NCBI GenBank assembly: GCA_963737155.1
Contig: CAVTRN010000001.1
Location: 384,001-448,000 of the forward strand
DNA length: 64,000 bases
Direction of reading: 5' to 3'
Source: Nitrospirota bacterium
Lineage (GTDB): Bacteria; Nitrospirota; UBA9217
The translations under genes and the position numbers were made by a program. Positions 30,260 to 40,031 of the stretch are shown here, piece after piece (position 1 is the stretch's first letter; each line of letters begins with the position of its first letter). Below the pieces are notes generated by a model. It did no database searches. It was not told where the DNA came from and saw nothing but the letters and a program-made list of their open reading frames with translations.

Positions 30260-30331
30260 ATGTGCGGACGCTTCGACATACATTCAGCAACTATTGATTG
30301 GTGGTTCGATACTAAGGAGGTATTGAAATGA
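30260..30331 (+). pseudogene. SRAP/YedK N-terminal stub 2
   Basis: MCGRFDIHSATIDWWFDTKEVLK*; its TGA overlaps the next ATG (ATGA); extended -10-like TGCTATCAT upstream. Confidence 0.65.
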
Positions 30332-30978
30332 TAAAGAAATCAATTATTAGTTTATTTGGTTTGATGATGGTCTTAATAATTGGATGTAGCTCATCCATAC
30401 CAGAACCAGTTAAACAAGAACTTTTTGAGAAAAGACCGATAAATGAAGTGCTATATAAGTCATTGCGTGTTAATCAATTACCTAATAATATACCAATCAT
30501 CGATAAATGGCTTGTCAAGAATGGATATATAACTTATCAGACTATCGATGTAAAGCTTAATCCTGAATGTGTTAGAGCCTACAGGGGCTATAGATATAAT
30601 AATAATGAACTCTCGAAAATATGTAATGACCCTGCTCAAATAAATATTAAAGAAACCTCAAAAGCCATACCTTATTTAAATATGAATGGTCCTGATATAC
30701 TTGGGATAACTTATGCTACTTTTCATGCAGATAAAATTGTAAGTGTACAAAAACTTGATGGGAAAGATGAACAAAATGCTCCATATGTAATATATAGATT
30801 AATTGTACAAATTAAAGTAAATCCAAGTTTACCTGAATTACCTTCATTAATTTACACCACTCCATGGACCTTGGAAATAGCTTATGACCCTTTTACTAAA
30901 CAAATTCTGCAACACTTTAATCCATCTCCAATTACATCCGATATTGAAAATGAGTATATAAAATTTTTGAGTAACTAA
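30328..30978 (+). CDS. Hypothetical lipoprotein
   Basis: MIKKSIISLFGLMMVLIIGC lipobox; AAGGAGG RBS. Confidence 0.75.
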   Translation: MIKKSIISLFGLMMVLIIGCSSSIPEPVKQELFEKRPINEVLYKSLRVNQLPNNIPIIDKWLVKNGYITYQTIDVKLNPECVRAYRGYRYNNNELSKICNDPAQINIKETSKAIPYLNMNGPDILGITYATFHADKIVSVQKLDGKDEQNAPYVIYRLIVQIKVNPSLPELPSLIYTTPWTLEIAYDPFTKQILQHFNPSPITSDIENEYIKFLSN

Positions 30979-31267
30979 AATAATTAATGAGGAATAAGAC
31001 ACGCTTCGAATACTGATGAATTGACAATAAGGCATTATCTTAATGAAACGGACATCGGACAAAAAGAATAATAATGGAATTGAGATAACCAACTGGACGG
31101 TTGGTGATGCATCAAATTATTAGAGTCTGGAACGGGTTAATGAGAAGGATGAAAATTATTATTCATCGAATATTTACACCATTCACCCAAATTGGCAGGA
31201 ACATAAGGGACATAGTGAGAGGTATCAGGGCAAGTAGAAATGATTTATTTTATTGGAGGTAGTTATC

Positions 31268-31783
31268 ATGAATATACAAATTGAACTTATTGAAATTGAA
31301 TGGTCGGGGCCCTTTTCAATGGAAGAAATTCAAAAGTTAGATAATGGCTGGGATTGTGGGATTTACGCAATCTATGGAACCCACGCAGTATTCGGCCCAG
31401 ACAGCTTGCTTTATATCGGTAAAACTGCCGATAATACCTTTGCGGATAGAATATGTTGGCACAAAGAAGAGTGGATTCCCTGGGAGCCAAGCACAACGAT
31501 GGTGTATGTTGGAAGGCTTGGCGGGATTGAGAAAATGTGTGAATCTAAGTGGTCGCAGTGGGACGACATGATAGATAAAGCAGAACGTCTTCTTATCTTC
31601 TACACAACTCCACCATATAATTCAATGGGGAAAAAGAACCCTAATATAGGCAATACAGTTCTTTTAATAAACCACAAAAAACGACACAGAATACCTATGT
31701 CACTAACCAATTATGAGTGGCAGAGTTCAATATCGGGAGCTAATTGGACTGTATTTGGAAAGGAGGCGGGAAACCAGGGCTAA
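31268..31783 (+). CDS. GIY-YIG-like protein
   Basis: CGIYAIYG...LLYIGK...R...AERLLI...PPYN. Confidence 0.65.
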   Translation: MNIQIELIEIEWSGPFSMEEIQKLDNGWDCGIYAIYGTHAVFGPDSLLYIGKTADNTFADRICWHKEEWIPWEPSTTMVYVGRLGGIEKMCESKWSQWDDMIDKAERLLIFYTTPPYNSMGKKNPNIGNTVLLINHKKRHRIPMSLTNYEWQSSISGANWTVFGKEAGNQG

Positions 31784-31864
31784 CCTTGCCACCATAAAAT
31801 CACAATAGGTACAAAAACCCTCAACTGTTGCTGCTTCTCAATAGGATAACGATTCATACTTTCT

Positions 31865-32116
31865 TTAAACCTTCGTGCTGAATAGTTCTGACCACTTGAG
31901 TTTAGCTACAGCAAAGAGGTATATGATTTCTATGATTCCAACCGTGTTCACAACAAACAGAATCACGAACCACCATACCTGTCCTCTTCTTCCTGAGTGC
32001 CAAAGTGCGAGTCCTTTCCAAAAGATGGACCATATTAAAAGAAAAAGCAAGTAGGGTGCAAGGACATGAAACCAAGGCATCGTTCTGAGGTTAGCCCAAT
32101 TATGAAAAATTAACAT
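31865..32116 (-). CDS. DUF5652-type small membrane protein
   Basis: WSIFWKGLALWHSGRRGQVWWFVILFVVNTVGIIEIIYL. Confidence 0.7.
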   Translation of the reverse strand: MLIFHNWANLRTMPWFHVLAPYLLFLLIWSIFWKGLALWHSGRRGQVWWFVILFVVNTVGIIEIIYLFAVAKLKWSELFSTKV

Positions 32117-32170
32117 TAATCATCACCTCAATTGTATTCTATCGTGGAATACTCCGTATTTCAATCGTTC

Positions 32171-32767
32171 TTAAAACCTGACTCCATCCATAAAAGCTCT
32201 CGTATCTTGTCCAATAATCTGTGTATAAATCAAAGTTTTGGTAATGTCCCTATGCCCAAGCCATTCCCTTAATACGGTAACGGGAACGCCTTGAATAATG
32301 CAGTTCACGGCGAAGGTGTGCCGCCAGGTGTGCGGGTGCGCCCGTTCGTCATCTACCCCTGATAGGTGACAAGCGTATTTCACGTAATTATATGCCGTCT
32401 TTCTTGACATCTGAAACAGGTTGTCATCCCGCTTCAGCCCTTTGACGTTCAGCCACAATGCTAGCTCCCCGATAAAGCCGTTCTGCAGCGGGAGAACCCT
32501 AATATGACCCTTCCGTTTCAACGTGGTCACTCTCAGGGCTTTCCCGATAAGGTCAATATCGGAACCAACCGTGATTGCTAATGCCTCTGATATCCGTAGC
32601 CCTGTATTCCAAAGGAACAAGCTCAGGAAATATGAATCATAGTCCTGACCTTTGAGGTAGTCTGACAATATCATCCTTGCCTCATCAGCCGTGAAGTATT
32701 TCGGAAGGCTCTTGTTGAATATCCGTGCTACTCCTCTATTCCCAATAACCGCTGGAAGTGTTTGCAT
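32171..32767 (-). CDS. Small tyrosine recombinase (resolvase-type, catalytic domain only)
   Basis: TGLRISE, K, HTWRH and LGH...Y catalytic residues all present. Confidence 0.9.
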   Translation of the reverse strand: MQTLPAVIGNRGVARIFNKSLPKYFTADEARMILSDYLKGQDYDSYFLSLFLWNTGLRISEALAITVGSDIDLIGKALRVTTLKRKGHIRVLPLQNGFIGELALWLNVKGLKRDDNLFQMSRKTAYNYVKYACHLSGVDDERAHPHTWRHTFAVNCIIQGVPVTVLREWLGHRDITKTLIYTQIIGQDTRAFMDGVRF

Positions 32768-32919
32768 GTGCTTACCCCTTTCGCATGCCTTTTGTGTAAG
32801 TTTGGCTCTTAAAAAAGAGCCGTTTGTCTGGTTTCTGACGGCTTTTATAAAGACTTAGGGCTGCTATTTACCCAAAATGCTTCCTTTTGAGTAAGAGAAA
32901 AAAGGCACAAAAAAGAGTA

Positions 32920-33519
32920 TCAGAGCATCCCCCCGACCTGTACCGACATCATAGTGCTCTCTACCTGACCTTTCTGATAATCCTTTATCACCCTGAAGCA
33001 CGTTGACTTGGGCACCTTCGTGAATTTTGCCACATCACGCACCGACATTTCCTGTCTGTGGGCATCAAGGATGCTCTGAACTTTCTCAGGGTCAATCGGT
33101 TTCCGACCTAAAACCACATTCCGCATTCGGGCAAGCTCTAACCCCATACGGATTTTGCTACTTGTCAGTGCTTTCTGAAATCCCGTCAGGGCATCTATCA
33201 GGCTCCCCGCCGTTGAATTCATGTCAAGCCCGTCACTCAGAGATATGAAGCCGATACCCAAGCCTCTAAGCTTGTCCAATACCATTAAAACCTGCTTCAA
33301 GGAATTGCCCACGGTCAGTAAGCTGTGAACGATAACCACGGATAAATCGCCGTTCTTGGCATCCCGCAATAGGTTGCTCAGGACGGGCTGCCCCTTGCTC
33401 TTGGATTCTACGTACTCGATGATTTTCCAATCCTGGGCTTTGGCATAATCCCGTAGCTCTTGCATGTTGTCATTCTCGATATACGGACAGGAACGGTGAT
33501 AAATGGCGACCTTACTCAT
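32920..33519 (-). CDS. Serine recombinase-like protein with C-terminal HTH; catalytic motif degenerate
   Basis: KVAIYHRSC in place of YxRVS; GIGFISLSDGLD, IRMGLELAR, LGRKP and HTH retained. Confidence 0.75.
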   Translation of the reverse strand: MSKVAIYHRSCPYIENDNMQELRDYAKAQDWKIIEYVESKSKGQPVLSNLLRDAKNGDLSVVIVHSLLTVGNSLKQVLMVLDKLRGLGIGFISLSDGLDMNSTAGSLIDALTGFQKALTSSKIRMGLELARMRNVVLGRKPIDPEKVQSILDAHRQEMSVRDVAKFTKVPKSTCFRVIKDYQKGQVESTMMSVQVGGML

Positions 33520-33856
33520 GGGTTTTCTCCTTCTGTCCTTCCTCCGCAAGTACCTTTTCAACGAGGTCAAGGAATTTGGTGAGCATTTTCTTGCCATCAA
33601 CCCTCTTTAACTGTGCTTTCGATGGGTCAAGGTGAACCCTCTTGCCCGTTTTTTCGGCTTTTGTCTTCCCCTCTTTTGAGAAATCTATCTTCATCGCTGC
33701 CGCTGACTTGGGATTAATGCCGAGCACTAAACCTATTTGCCGTTCCGTGTATCCGCGAGCAACGAGAACAAGGCAGATATCACGCCGCTTGCACCCCAAT
33801 TCCTCTTGCTTTTGAAGAAATGCATTAAGTTCTTTCCTAACATTTGACGGTTCCAT
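33512..33856 (-). CDS. Hypothetical protein with HTH-like segment
   Basis: GYTERQIGLVLGINPKSA; part of a coupled operon. Confidence 0.55.
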   Translation of the reverse strand: MEPSNVRKELNAFLQKQEELGCKRRDICLVLVARGYTERQIGLVLGINPKSAAAMKIDFSKEGKTKAEKTGKRVHLDPSKAQLKRVDGKKMLTKFLDLVEKVLAEEGQKEKTHE

Positions 33857-33857
33857 G

Positions 33858-34061
33858 TTATGACCCTCCCTTTTTCAAAACTACAATTTTCCCGTCTTTG
33901 ACATCCCGCTTAAATTTCAGTAGCTCTTTTCCCGTGGGCATCTCAATAATGATGTATTCCTCAAGGATTACCCATCCCCGCTCTCGGCAATACTCGGCAA
34001 GCGGGGTCATCTCAATATAACCATCAATACCTTTGACGATAGCAACCCTCTTTTTCTTCAT
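33858..34061 (-). CDS. Miniature degenerate resolvase N-terminal-like protein
   Basis: MKKKRVAIV...LAEYCRERGWVILEEY...ELLKFKRDVKDGKIVVL resembles the first ~65 aa of serine resolvases; ATGA overlap. Confidence 0.45.
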   Translation of the reverse strand: MKKKRVAIVKGIDGYIEMTPLAEYCRERGWVILEEYIIIEMPTGKELLKFKRDVKDGKIVVLKKGGS

Positions 34062-34360
34062 ATCCATCCCTTCCCGCCGCACTTCGGGCAATTGACCTCC
34101 GTATAAGCAGGAACGTTGCCGTGCGGTCCAAGGCCAACGGTAAACTCCACTTTTGTACCTCTCCCACCGCAAGCAGGGCAAGTATCCCCGCAATAGGTGG
34201 ATGGGTCTTGATTTTCTCCGACCTTTATTATCGTCCAGAAGATAATCAAAAGAAGTCCTGCAATCCAAGCCGCTACATTTGCGGCATCATAGTACCCACA
34301 TGCCCCAAAAATAATACCTAATAACCCAACGACCATCATTGGAATAGAGAGGTATATCAT
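34058..34360 (-). CDS. Two-TM membrane protein with DnaJ-type zinc finger
   Basis: Two hydrophobic helices followed by CPACGGRG and CPKCGGKG. Confidence 0.7.
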   Translation of the reverse strand: MIYLSIPMMVVGLLGIIFGACGYYDAANVAAWIAGLLLIIFWTIIKVGENQDPSTYCGDTCPACGGRGTKVEFTVGLGPHGNVPAYTEVNCPKCGGKGWI

Positions 34361-34375
34361 AGAAGACCTCCATGT

Positions 34376-35065
34376 TCATATCTTGGCAGATACAGCCTTG
34401 GGAACCTCATCTTCAATCCAATAAACCCGCCGATTAACTACATCAAAAGCGGACAATTTCCCGAAAAAGCAAGCCCCCGTATCGACACAAATGACCTTAC
34501 CATAGTTGGCAACCTCGTGATGCACTGTGTGACCGCAGACAACAATCCCATCACCATCCCAATCCAAATCCCTATTATGCAATAGGTCTTTTATCGGAAC
34601 ATTGCGAATATCTTTTGTGCCGCGAGGTACGCCTCCGTGGACAAAGATATAGTTATGGTACAAATGATAGACATCAAGGCTCTCGATATACGGCAGCAGT
34701 AACTTAATCGCGTTTTCGACTCCACCGAAACTTCTTAGGGTCTCACTCCCGCCCCATGATAAAATCCACTCCAGGGGGTCACGCATGTCAGACATCGTGC
34801 CTACATCCTTCGTACATTTCAGGCTCTCGTAGGCTTTTTGTTCGTGGTTGCCGAGCAATAGCACCACGGATTCTGGATATTTCTTTCGTAGGTCATCAAG
34901 GTACAGAATACACGCCATGCTGTCAGGACCGCGGTCAATGACATCCCCAAGCTGAATAAGCTTGTCCTCGGCGGGATTGAAGCGGATTACCTTTTCAATC
35001 AGGTTCACCAGCATCTTTCGGCAGCCGTGGACATCACCCAAAACTAAGACCCGTGAATAGTGCAT
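34376..35065 (-). CDS. PPP-family Ser/Thr protein phosphatase (PphA/NinI-like metallophosphoesterase)
   Basis: GDVHG, GDVIDRGPDS, GNHE, FVHGG, GHT and DTGA. Confidence 0.92.
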   Translation of the reverse strand: MHYSRVLVLGDVHGCRKMLVNLIEKVIRFNPAEDKLIQLGDVIDRGPDSMACILYLDDLRKKYPESVVLLLGNHEQKAYESLKCTKDVGTMSDMRDPLEWILSWGGSETLRSFGGVENAIKLLLPYIESLDVYHLYHNYIFVHGGVPRGTKDIRNVPIKDLLHNRDLDWDGDGIVVCGHTVHHEVANYGKVICVDTGACFFGKLSAFDVVNRRVYWIEDEVPKAVSAKI

Positions 35066-35080
35066 TATATTCCCTTCTGA

Positions 35081-35287
35081 TTAAATATTCGGATATGGAT
35101 ATCGCGGACGGAGGAAGCTTGCCATCGCATCTACTGTTCCATCTGGATTCAACCCGAACTCGCATGTCTTGCAATCTCCATCGAAGCACTGACGACATTT
35201 TTCATACTTCTTCATTGTATCTGGGTGAATGGTTACTCCTACTCTTATCTCGTCTACATGCTCATCTATTTCTTTACGCTTGCTCAT
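35081..35287 (-). CDS. Small Cys-rich hypothetical protein
   Basis: CRQCFDGDCKTC; AGGAG RBS. Confidence 0.55.
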   Translation of the reverse strand: MSKRKEIDEHVDEIRVGVTIHPDTMKKYEKCRQCFDGDCKTCEFGLNPDGTVDAMASFLRPRYPYPNI

Positions 35288-35402
35288 GCTCTCCTCCTAA
35301 TCACAATAGGATAGACTTCTATACTTGCTATGGACCCTTTTGTGCAACTTCAGCGGGTGTGCCAATAACCCTTAGCTGTCTTGAAATATTCTTATCCCAT
35401 GA

Positions 35403-35645
35403 TTACCCTCCCATTTCGCAATTACCCGTCCTGATTCTGATATGCCGCCGTATGTTCTCAGGCAGTTTTTCAAAGGCTACCTCGTAACCAAGCCCTTCTG
35501 TTTTCACAAAAGCTTCTGACCACTGTGAGAACCCTTGGGGACTATCAGGGTTATGGGATAATCCCAGAACTGCATTATCAGCAAAAATTACCGTGAATTG
35601 GTCAAAAGTTTTGCCGCCGTTGTCATATATGGCTTTAATTTTCAT
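35403..35645 (-). CDS. Phage-like hypothetical protein
   Basis: MKIKAIYDNGGKTFDQFTVIF...SPQGFSQW; overlaps the end of ardC. Confidence 0.6.
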   Translation of the reverse strand: MKIKAIYDNGGKTFDQFTVIFADNAVLGLSHNPDSPQGFSQWSEAFVKTEGLGYEVAFEKLPENIRRHIRIRTGNCEMGG

Positions 35646-36480
35646 GGTTCTCCTGCTTTCTGCCCAGGATAAAATCAACTGCTTTCTGTGCATGGCTTGC
35701 TGCTATGATAATCAAACGCTTATCGTTCTTCAGCTTCCGAAGCCAATTCTGTATGTATCCCGCCTGATTCTCGATGGTCACGTTGCTGATTCCCGTATGG
35801 CTGCACAGGAAAGAAGCCCCAAGCTCTGCTATCAGTTCTTCTTTTGAATAGGTCTCACTGCCAAAAGCATGGGGTTCACTAATTGATACCCTGTTCAGTC
35901 TGTCCTTATGACCAGTTGAATGCACGGTTTCATGGAACAGCGTACCGTAATAGCTCTCGATGCTTTGAAAACTATCCTTACGTGGCATCCTGATAATGTC
36001 CTGTCCTGGGCTGTAGGATGCTTGATTCCCTCCGTGCTGAATCATAGGTCTTTGCGGCATCCCGCTCATGACGGATTCGCACTCCGCAATAGGGTTGAAT
36101 TTGAATTCAATCTTTTCCGTTTCGGGAATAGCAATACCTTCTATCTGTTCCAAATTGAAAACCGTGTGGTATCGGAGAAGCGGGAACATCTCTTCTTCAC
36201 CATTCGTGTCTGCTTTTCCCTTAACCATGCTCCAGAAAACTACGGGCAATCCTTTTTCTCCCCTTTTTACATGACCGCCGAGCATTTGGGCTTGATTAAA
36301 GGTCAACCAATACGGGCTTTTGAATCCCGTATGGGAAAGCATCAGGACGTTCACGCCTCGGTATTCCTTCCTGCTGACAAGGTTGACAGGATTATGGACA
36401 TCCCAAGGGCGGTTCCACGGGATTTGTCCGTGCTCAAGCATTTCAATTATCCGATTGGTGATGATTTCATAGACCTTCAT
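35635..36480 (-). CDS. ardC: ArdC family antirestriction ssDNA-binding protein (DUF1738 + zincin-like domain)
   Basis: IPWNRPW, YRGVN, WLTFNQA, VFNLEQ, HETVHSTGH, EELIAELGA and YIQNW. Confidence 0.92.
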   Translation of the reverse strand: MKVYEIITNRIIEMLEHGQIPWNRPWDVHNPVNLVSRKEYRGVNVLMLSHTGFKSPYWLTFNQAQMLGGHVKRGEKGLPVVFWSMVKGKADTNGEEEMFPLLRYHTVFNLEQIEGIAIPETEKIEFKFNPIAECESVMSGMPQRPMIQHGGNQASYSPGQDIIRMPRKDSFQSIESYYGTLFHETVHSTGHKDRLNRVSISEPHAFGSETYSKEELIAELGASFLCSHTGISNVTIENQAGYIQNWLRKLKNDKRLIIIAASHAQKAVDFILGRKQENHEN

Positions 36481-37085
36481 GTGCTCTCCGCCTTTATAAC
36501 ATCAAATCCAAAAAGTGCTTTTCACCCTTTATCCATGCCGGTTTTGTCACTTGCCAGGTCCAGTATAACTCCACCTGAATGAGGTGCCAAGGGGTGCCCA
36601 AGAAAAAGTGCGTTTTTGGCTGGTTTTTATCACTTTTTTTGACCTATGTAGCTCAGGAGGTCATCGAGCTAGGATTGACCTATTGTGAATTTGCTTGCGC
36701 GGGTGGATACTGTTTCTGGGGATGGTTGTGCTGCAGATTTTCGGCGGAGAGGGCAGAATACATCCGCTGACATTCGATTCTTTCTGCTACAAAAACCCTG
36801 TCGAGTTTAGTTCTGTCAGGATAGAGAAGGGAAAGAGGGCTTAGTAGGCATATCAGGGATGAGAGCGGGTATTACGTCACAATCATAATGCGGAAAGGGG
36901 CTGTCTTATTGGGGGAAATATGATATTTAGAGTTATTATTTTTCCAGAACTTTTGCTAGTCGGAATACACAGTAAAAAAGCGCCTCGCAAGAAGTGCGTA
37001 ACCTTCTTTATAAGCAACGAAATCTGCGGTTTTTTTAAAGGGGATTGGTGTAAGCTGAATTTTGGCGGTTATTTTCTATTCTGTT

Positions 37086-37150
37086 ATCTCATTTTCCCAA
37101 CTACCACAAACAATATCATACCGAGAACACCAATTACCAATACAGCAGCC
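37086..37150 (+). repeat. 65-bp direct repeat, copy 1
   Basis: 63/65 identical to 38445-38509; the minus strand encodes AAVLVIGVLGMILFVVVGKMR. Confidence 0.9.
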
Positions 37151-37200
37151 TTTCTTTTTATAAATCAAACTCCACTCAACAAACCACAAAGAATAGCAAG

Positions 37201-37992
37201 TTAAAATAATCCTTCTAATATCTCTTTGCGGCTGGCGAATATATACCTCTTAGCTGAACTTGTTGTTATATGATTAATCTTATTTACCCATTCAGGTGCA
37301 ACAGACACGACTCTCTTACTCAGTCCATCAACACTCTCAGTTGAGCGTATAAATGCTATTTTCTTTGACAGTGGAATCATTACCATGTTTTCGATTGGAT
37401 TGTCTATGGTAATAAACTCTGCATTTTCTTGAGCTATATAAAAAAACCACTCACCTTCGTTTATAAGTAAGTTGAACATAGTTCGTGCAGTTGTATACAT
37501 TGTCCACATTGCCCATTTTTGAACATAAGTATCAGTTGGTTTTATTTTGATAAAATGTCTTAGGTTTTCTTCACCTCGTTCCCGTAAAGCATTATTAAGA
37601 AGCCCATTGCCCACAAACGATAATAGCTCATGGGACTTCTCAGTGAAGCTATCAACTTTGCTCAAGTTTCGTGCATACAGCCAAGATAAGAACCAAATAA
37701 TATCAACAAAATCATTCTCAGTCAGTTTCCCAACCTTACCATTCTCGATGGCTCTTATGTTTACACCATATTTTGCTTCTAGGTCATTTAAATAATTTTC
37801 AATATAATCATCTTTTCCCCCGTTGTGGGTTACAGTATAAATATGTTTCTTCTTCGCAATTTTCTCGGGATTAATGTTCGGTCGAATTTCTTCTTTTTCG
37901 ATATCATACAGATATAATTTCCCTGCTTTATCACAGAATCTTCTAAGATATACTATGGGCAAATAATGTTGTCCTTGAGGTTTAGCGTCCAT
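37201..37992 (-). CDS. DUF4238 domain protein
   Basis: QHYLPIVYLRRF...FITIDNP...IPLSKKIA. Confidence 0.8.
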   Translation of the reverse strand: MDAKPQGQHYLPIVYLRRFCDKAGKLYLYDIEKEEIRPNINPEKIAKKKHIYTVTHNGGKDDYIENYLNDLEAKYGVNIRAIENGKVGKLTENDFVDIIWFLSWLYARNLSKVDSFTEKSHELLSFVGNGLLNNALRERGEENLRHFIKIKPTDTYVQKWAMWTMYTTARTMFNLLINEGEWFFYIAQENAEFITIDNPIENMVMIPLSKKIAFIRSTESVDGLSKRVVSVAPEWVNKINHITTSSAKRYIFASRKEILEGLF

Positions 37993-38446
37993 TCACCCAC
38001 TCGCATTCAGAAACGGTGCCTGCTCCAGTCCCAACGCCAAGCCTAATAAACAAAGCGTAGGCGTACCCTAATTCGTGGCGATAAGCGCCCATCTTTAAAA
38101 TATCCTTTTTTTTCTTCTCAGGATTTGAGTCCTTTTTTAACTCAATTGCGAGCAAATTAGTTTTCGTCATGCGCACGTGGACAATAATATCGGGGTATAC
38201 CTCGTCTGGGCCCTCACTCCATGTAACCGTCTTCGGCGCTTTTCCCATTCGGTTGTATTCCACATCTACGTGGTAGTCTGAGAAATGAGGCTGTAGATAT
38301 TGGGCAATCTTTGCTGCAATAGCCTGCTCGGATGCATTGATAGCGAGAAGCTGTAAATCTTGTTCAAAAAGCCGATTAATACTGTCCAGCACTGCCGCAC
38401 CTACAGCGGGTTCTTTGCAGGTTATCAGTATCTCTTCATAGTTCAT
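37982..38446 (-). CDS. PD-(D/E)XK nuclease-like protein
   Basis: VDVEYNR...YPDIIVH...LLAIELKK. Confidence 0.65.
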   Translation of the reverse strand: MNYEEILITCKEPAVGAAVLDSINRLFEQDLQLLAINASEQAIAAKIAQYLQPHFSDYHVDVEYNRMGKAPKTVTWSEGPDEVYPDIIVHVRMTKTNLLAIELKKDSNPEKKKKDILKMGAYRHELGYAYALFIRLGVGTGAGTVSECEWVNGR

Positions 38447-38509
38447 CTCATTTTCCAAACTACCACAAACAATATCATACCGAGAACACCAATTAGCAAT
38501 ACAGCAGCC
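38445..38509 (+). repeat. 65-bp direct repeat, copy 2
   Basis: Near-identical to 37086-37150; its minus-strand TGA overlaps the ATG of 37982-38446. Confidence 0.9.
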
Positions 38510-38704
38510 AAATCTTCAACACTTCTTCTTCGCTTTCCTTGACCTGTGAGAAGCCTTCATGATATGTCTTACTGTCAGCCGCGCCGCTAGCGAGAGAACC
38601 ACGATAAGCACCATGAAAAAAATGATGGTGTGCTTGCCGCGTTGTGCAGTATCAACTGTTTTGAGAAGCATCATCAATAATTTACGTAAATTGAACTTAA
38701 CTTA

Positions 38705-39874
38705 CTAATCCCCTCGCCGACCATTTTTTTTAATAAAGTTACCAGGACCAGACAGGGCATTTGGATTATCTAATTCATAAACACAATCAAGATATTTTTT
38801 TACTTCTTCCCAGGGTTTATGCAGTAGGTAATATTTCTTTAATACCATCCCTACGTCAGCCACGGTAGGTCTGTTCTTTGATAAATTTATTGAAAGCGCA
38901 TCTTGAGAATCTTCTTTTGCGTGAATATCTCTATTCTGATGAGCATATGAATAAAATTCTATAATTTTTCCTGGTTTTCTATATTCTGGTACGTCTGAGC
39001 ATTTTTCACCGCTAGCTCTAGCCCTATTCACATGAGACCTTGAAAAGCTATCCTCGACTAAATGCAAAAGTGAGCCGAAAACCACGTTGTGGAAATCCTC
39101 ATCCGCATCAAACGTATTATCATCAGGAATAAATAAATTTTGAGCTGTCCATTCTTTGGTAAAGATTTTATCTATGCCATTGATACCTGTTTTTCGTACT
39201 TCAGTACCTCTATCAATAACACCTGTAGCTACTTTATAAGTATACTCAGCCCACATCATAACTTTATCTCTCGTATCTTTAGCCAACTCGTTATCGCGCG
39301 ATGCCATCGAGTGAAGAAATTGCATATCTCCAAAGTGAACGCGATAAAGTAAGGCTTTTCCTGATTGAGCATCATAGTATTTATTTTCTTCAGAGGCACC
39401 TTTTTCAGCATCATACAAAAGAAGTAACCAGCATTCTGGCGCATATGGTGCTTTTATAACTTGACCTACATATGTCTTGCATAGATTGTCTCTGGTAGAT
39501 GTCAATTCAAATGGAGGATTGTCATTCCACTGCACACCGGCAATGACCGCAGGCGGAGCTAAATTATTTTTAACAGCATCATTTTTGTTAGCCGCTATAA
39601 CTGAGCATTTATCATCATCATATTTATTATCCTGGCACCCGTATATAATATTTGTTATGCGCTCATGCACCGGATGAGTAAATTCATTTAGTATCCATTC
39701 AATCGTGGAAGGCGACAGCGGTAAGTTATGAGGTGATTTTAGGTAAATAACATCGCCGCTTTCATCACCTTTTGGGCTGATTTCAAAACTGTAAACTGGC
39801 AGCGCAGAAACCATAATAATCATAAAGATAAATAAGATTAATTTTCTTTTGAAATAATTCGGAACCATAGCCAT
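38705..39874 (-). CDS. Secreted hypothetical protein (possibly metal-binding, phospholipase C/P1-like fold)
   Basis: Signal peptide; HERIT, WND, HFGD, FLHSM and LHLVEDSFSRSH His/Asp motifs. Confidence 0.55.
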   Translation of the reverse strand: MAMVPNYFKRKLILFIFMIIMVSALPVYSFEISPKGDESGDVIYLKSPHNLPLSPSTIEWILNEFTHPVHERITNIIYGCQDNKYDDDKCSVIAANKNDAVKNNLAPPAVIAGVQWNDNPPFELTSTRDNLCKTYVGQVIKAPYAPECWLLLLYDAEKGASEENKYYDAQSGKALLYRVHFGDMQFLHSMASRDNELAKDTRDKVMMWAEYTYKVATGVIDRGTEVRKTGINGIDKIFTKEWTAQNLFIPDDNTFDADEDFHNVVFGSLLHLVEDSFSRSHVNRARASGEKCSDVPEYRKPGKIIEFYSYAHQNRDIHAKEDSQDALSINLSKNRPTVADVGMVLKKYYLLHKPWEEVKKYLDCVYELDNPNALSGPGNFIKKNGRRGD

Positions 39875-39971
39875 CCCCCCATTTTTTATGAAATGTTAAT
39901 TTATATTTATCCTTCTTGAACGTTGTTTCTTAAACGTAGCTTGAAATTAAATTCGTAAATCACATACGCTC

Positions 39972-40001
39972 TTGACTTATTATCCTAATTTGGGATATTA
40001 T
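39972..40001 (+). promoter_or_regulatory. Methyltransferase promoter containing a C-box
   Basis: TTGACT-18 bp-TATTAT, with TTATCCTAATTTGGGATAT (39980-39998) covering the spacer and the edge of the -10. Confidence 0.6.
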
Positions 40002-40031
40002 GTCCAAATTAAATCCCTGCGTTATCGTGAA

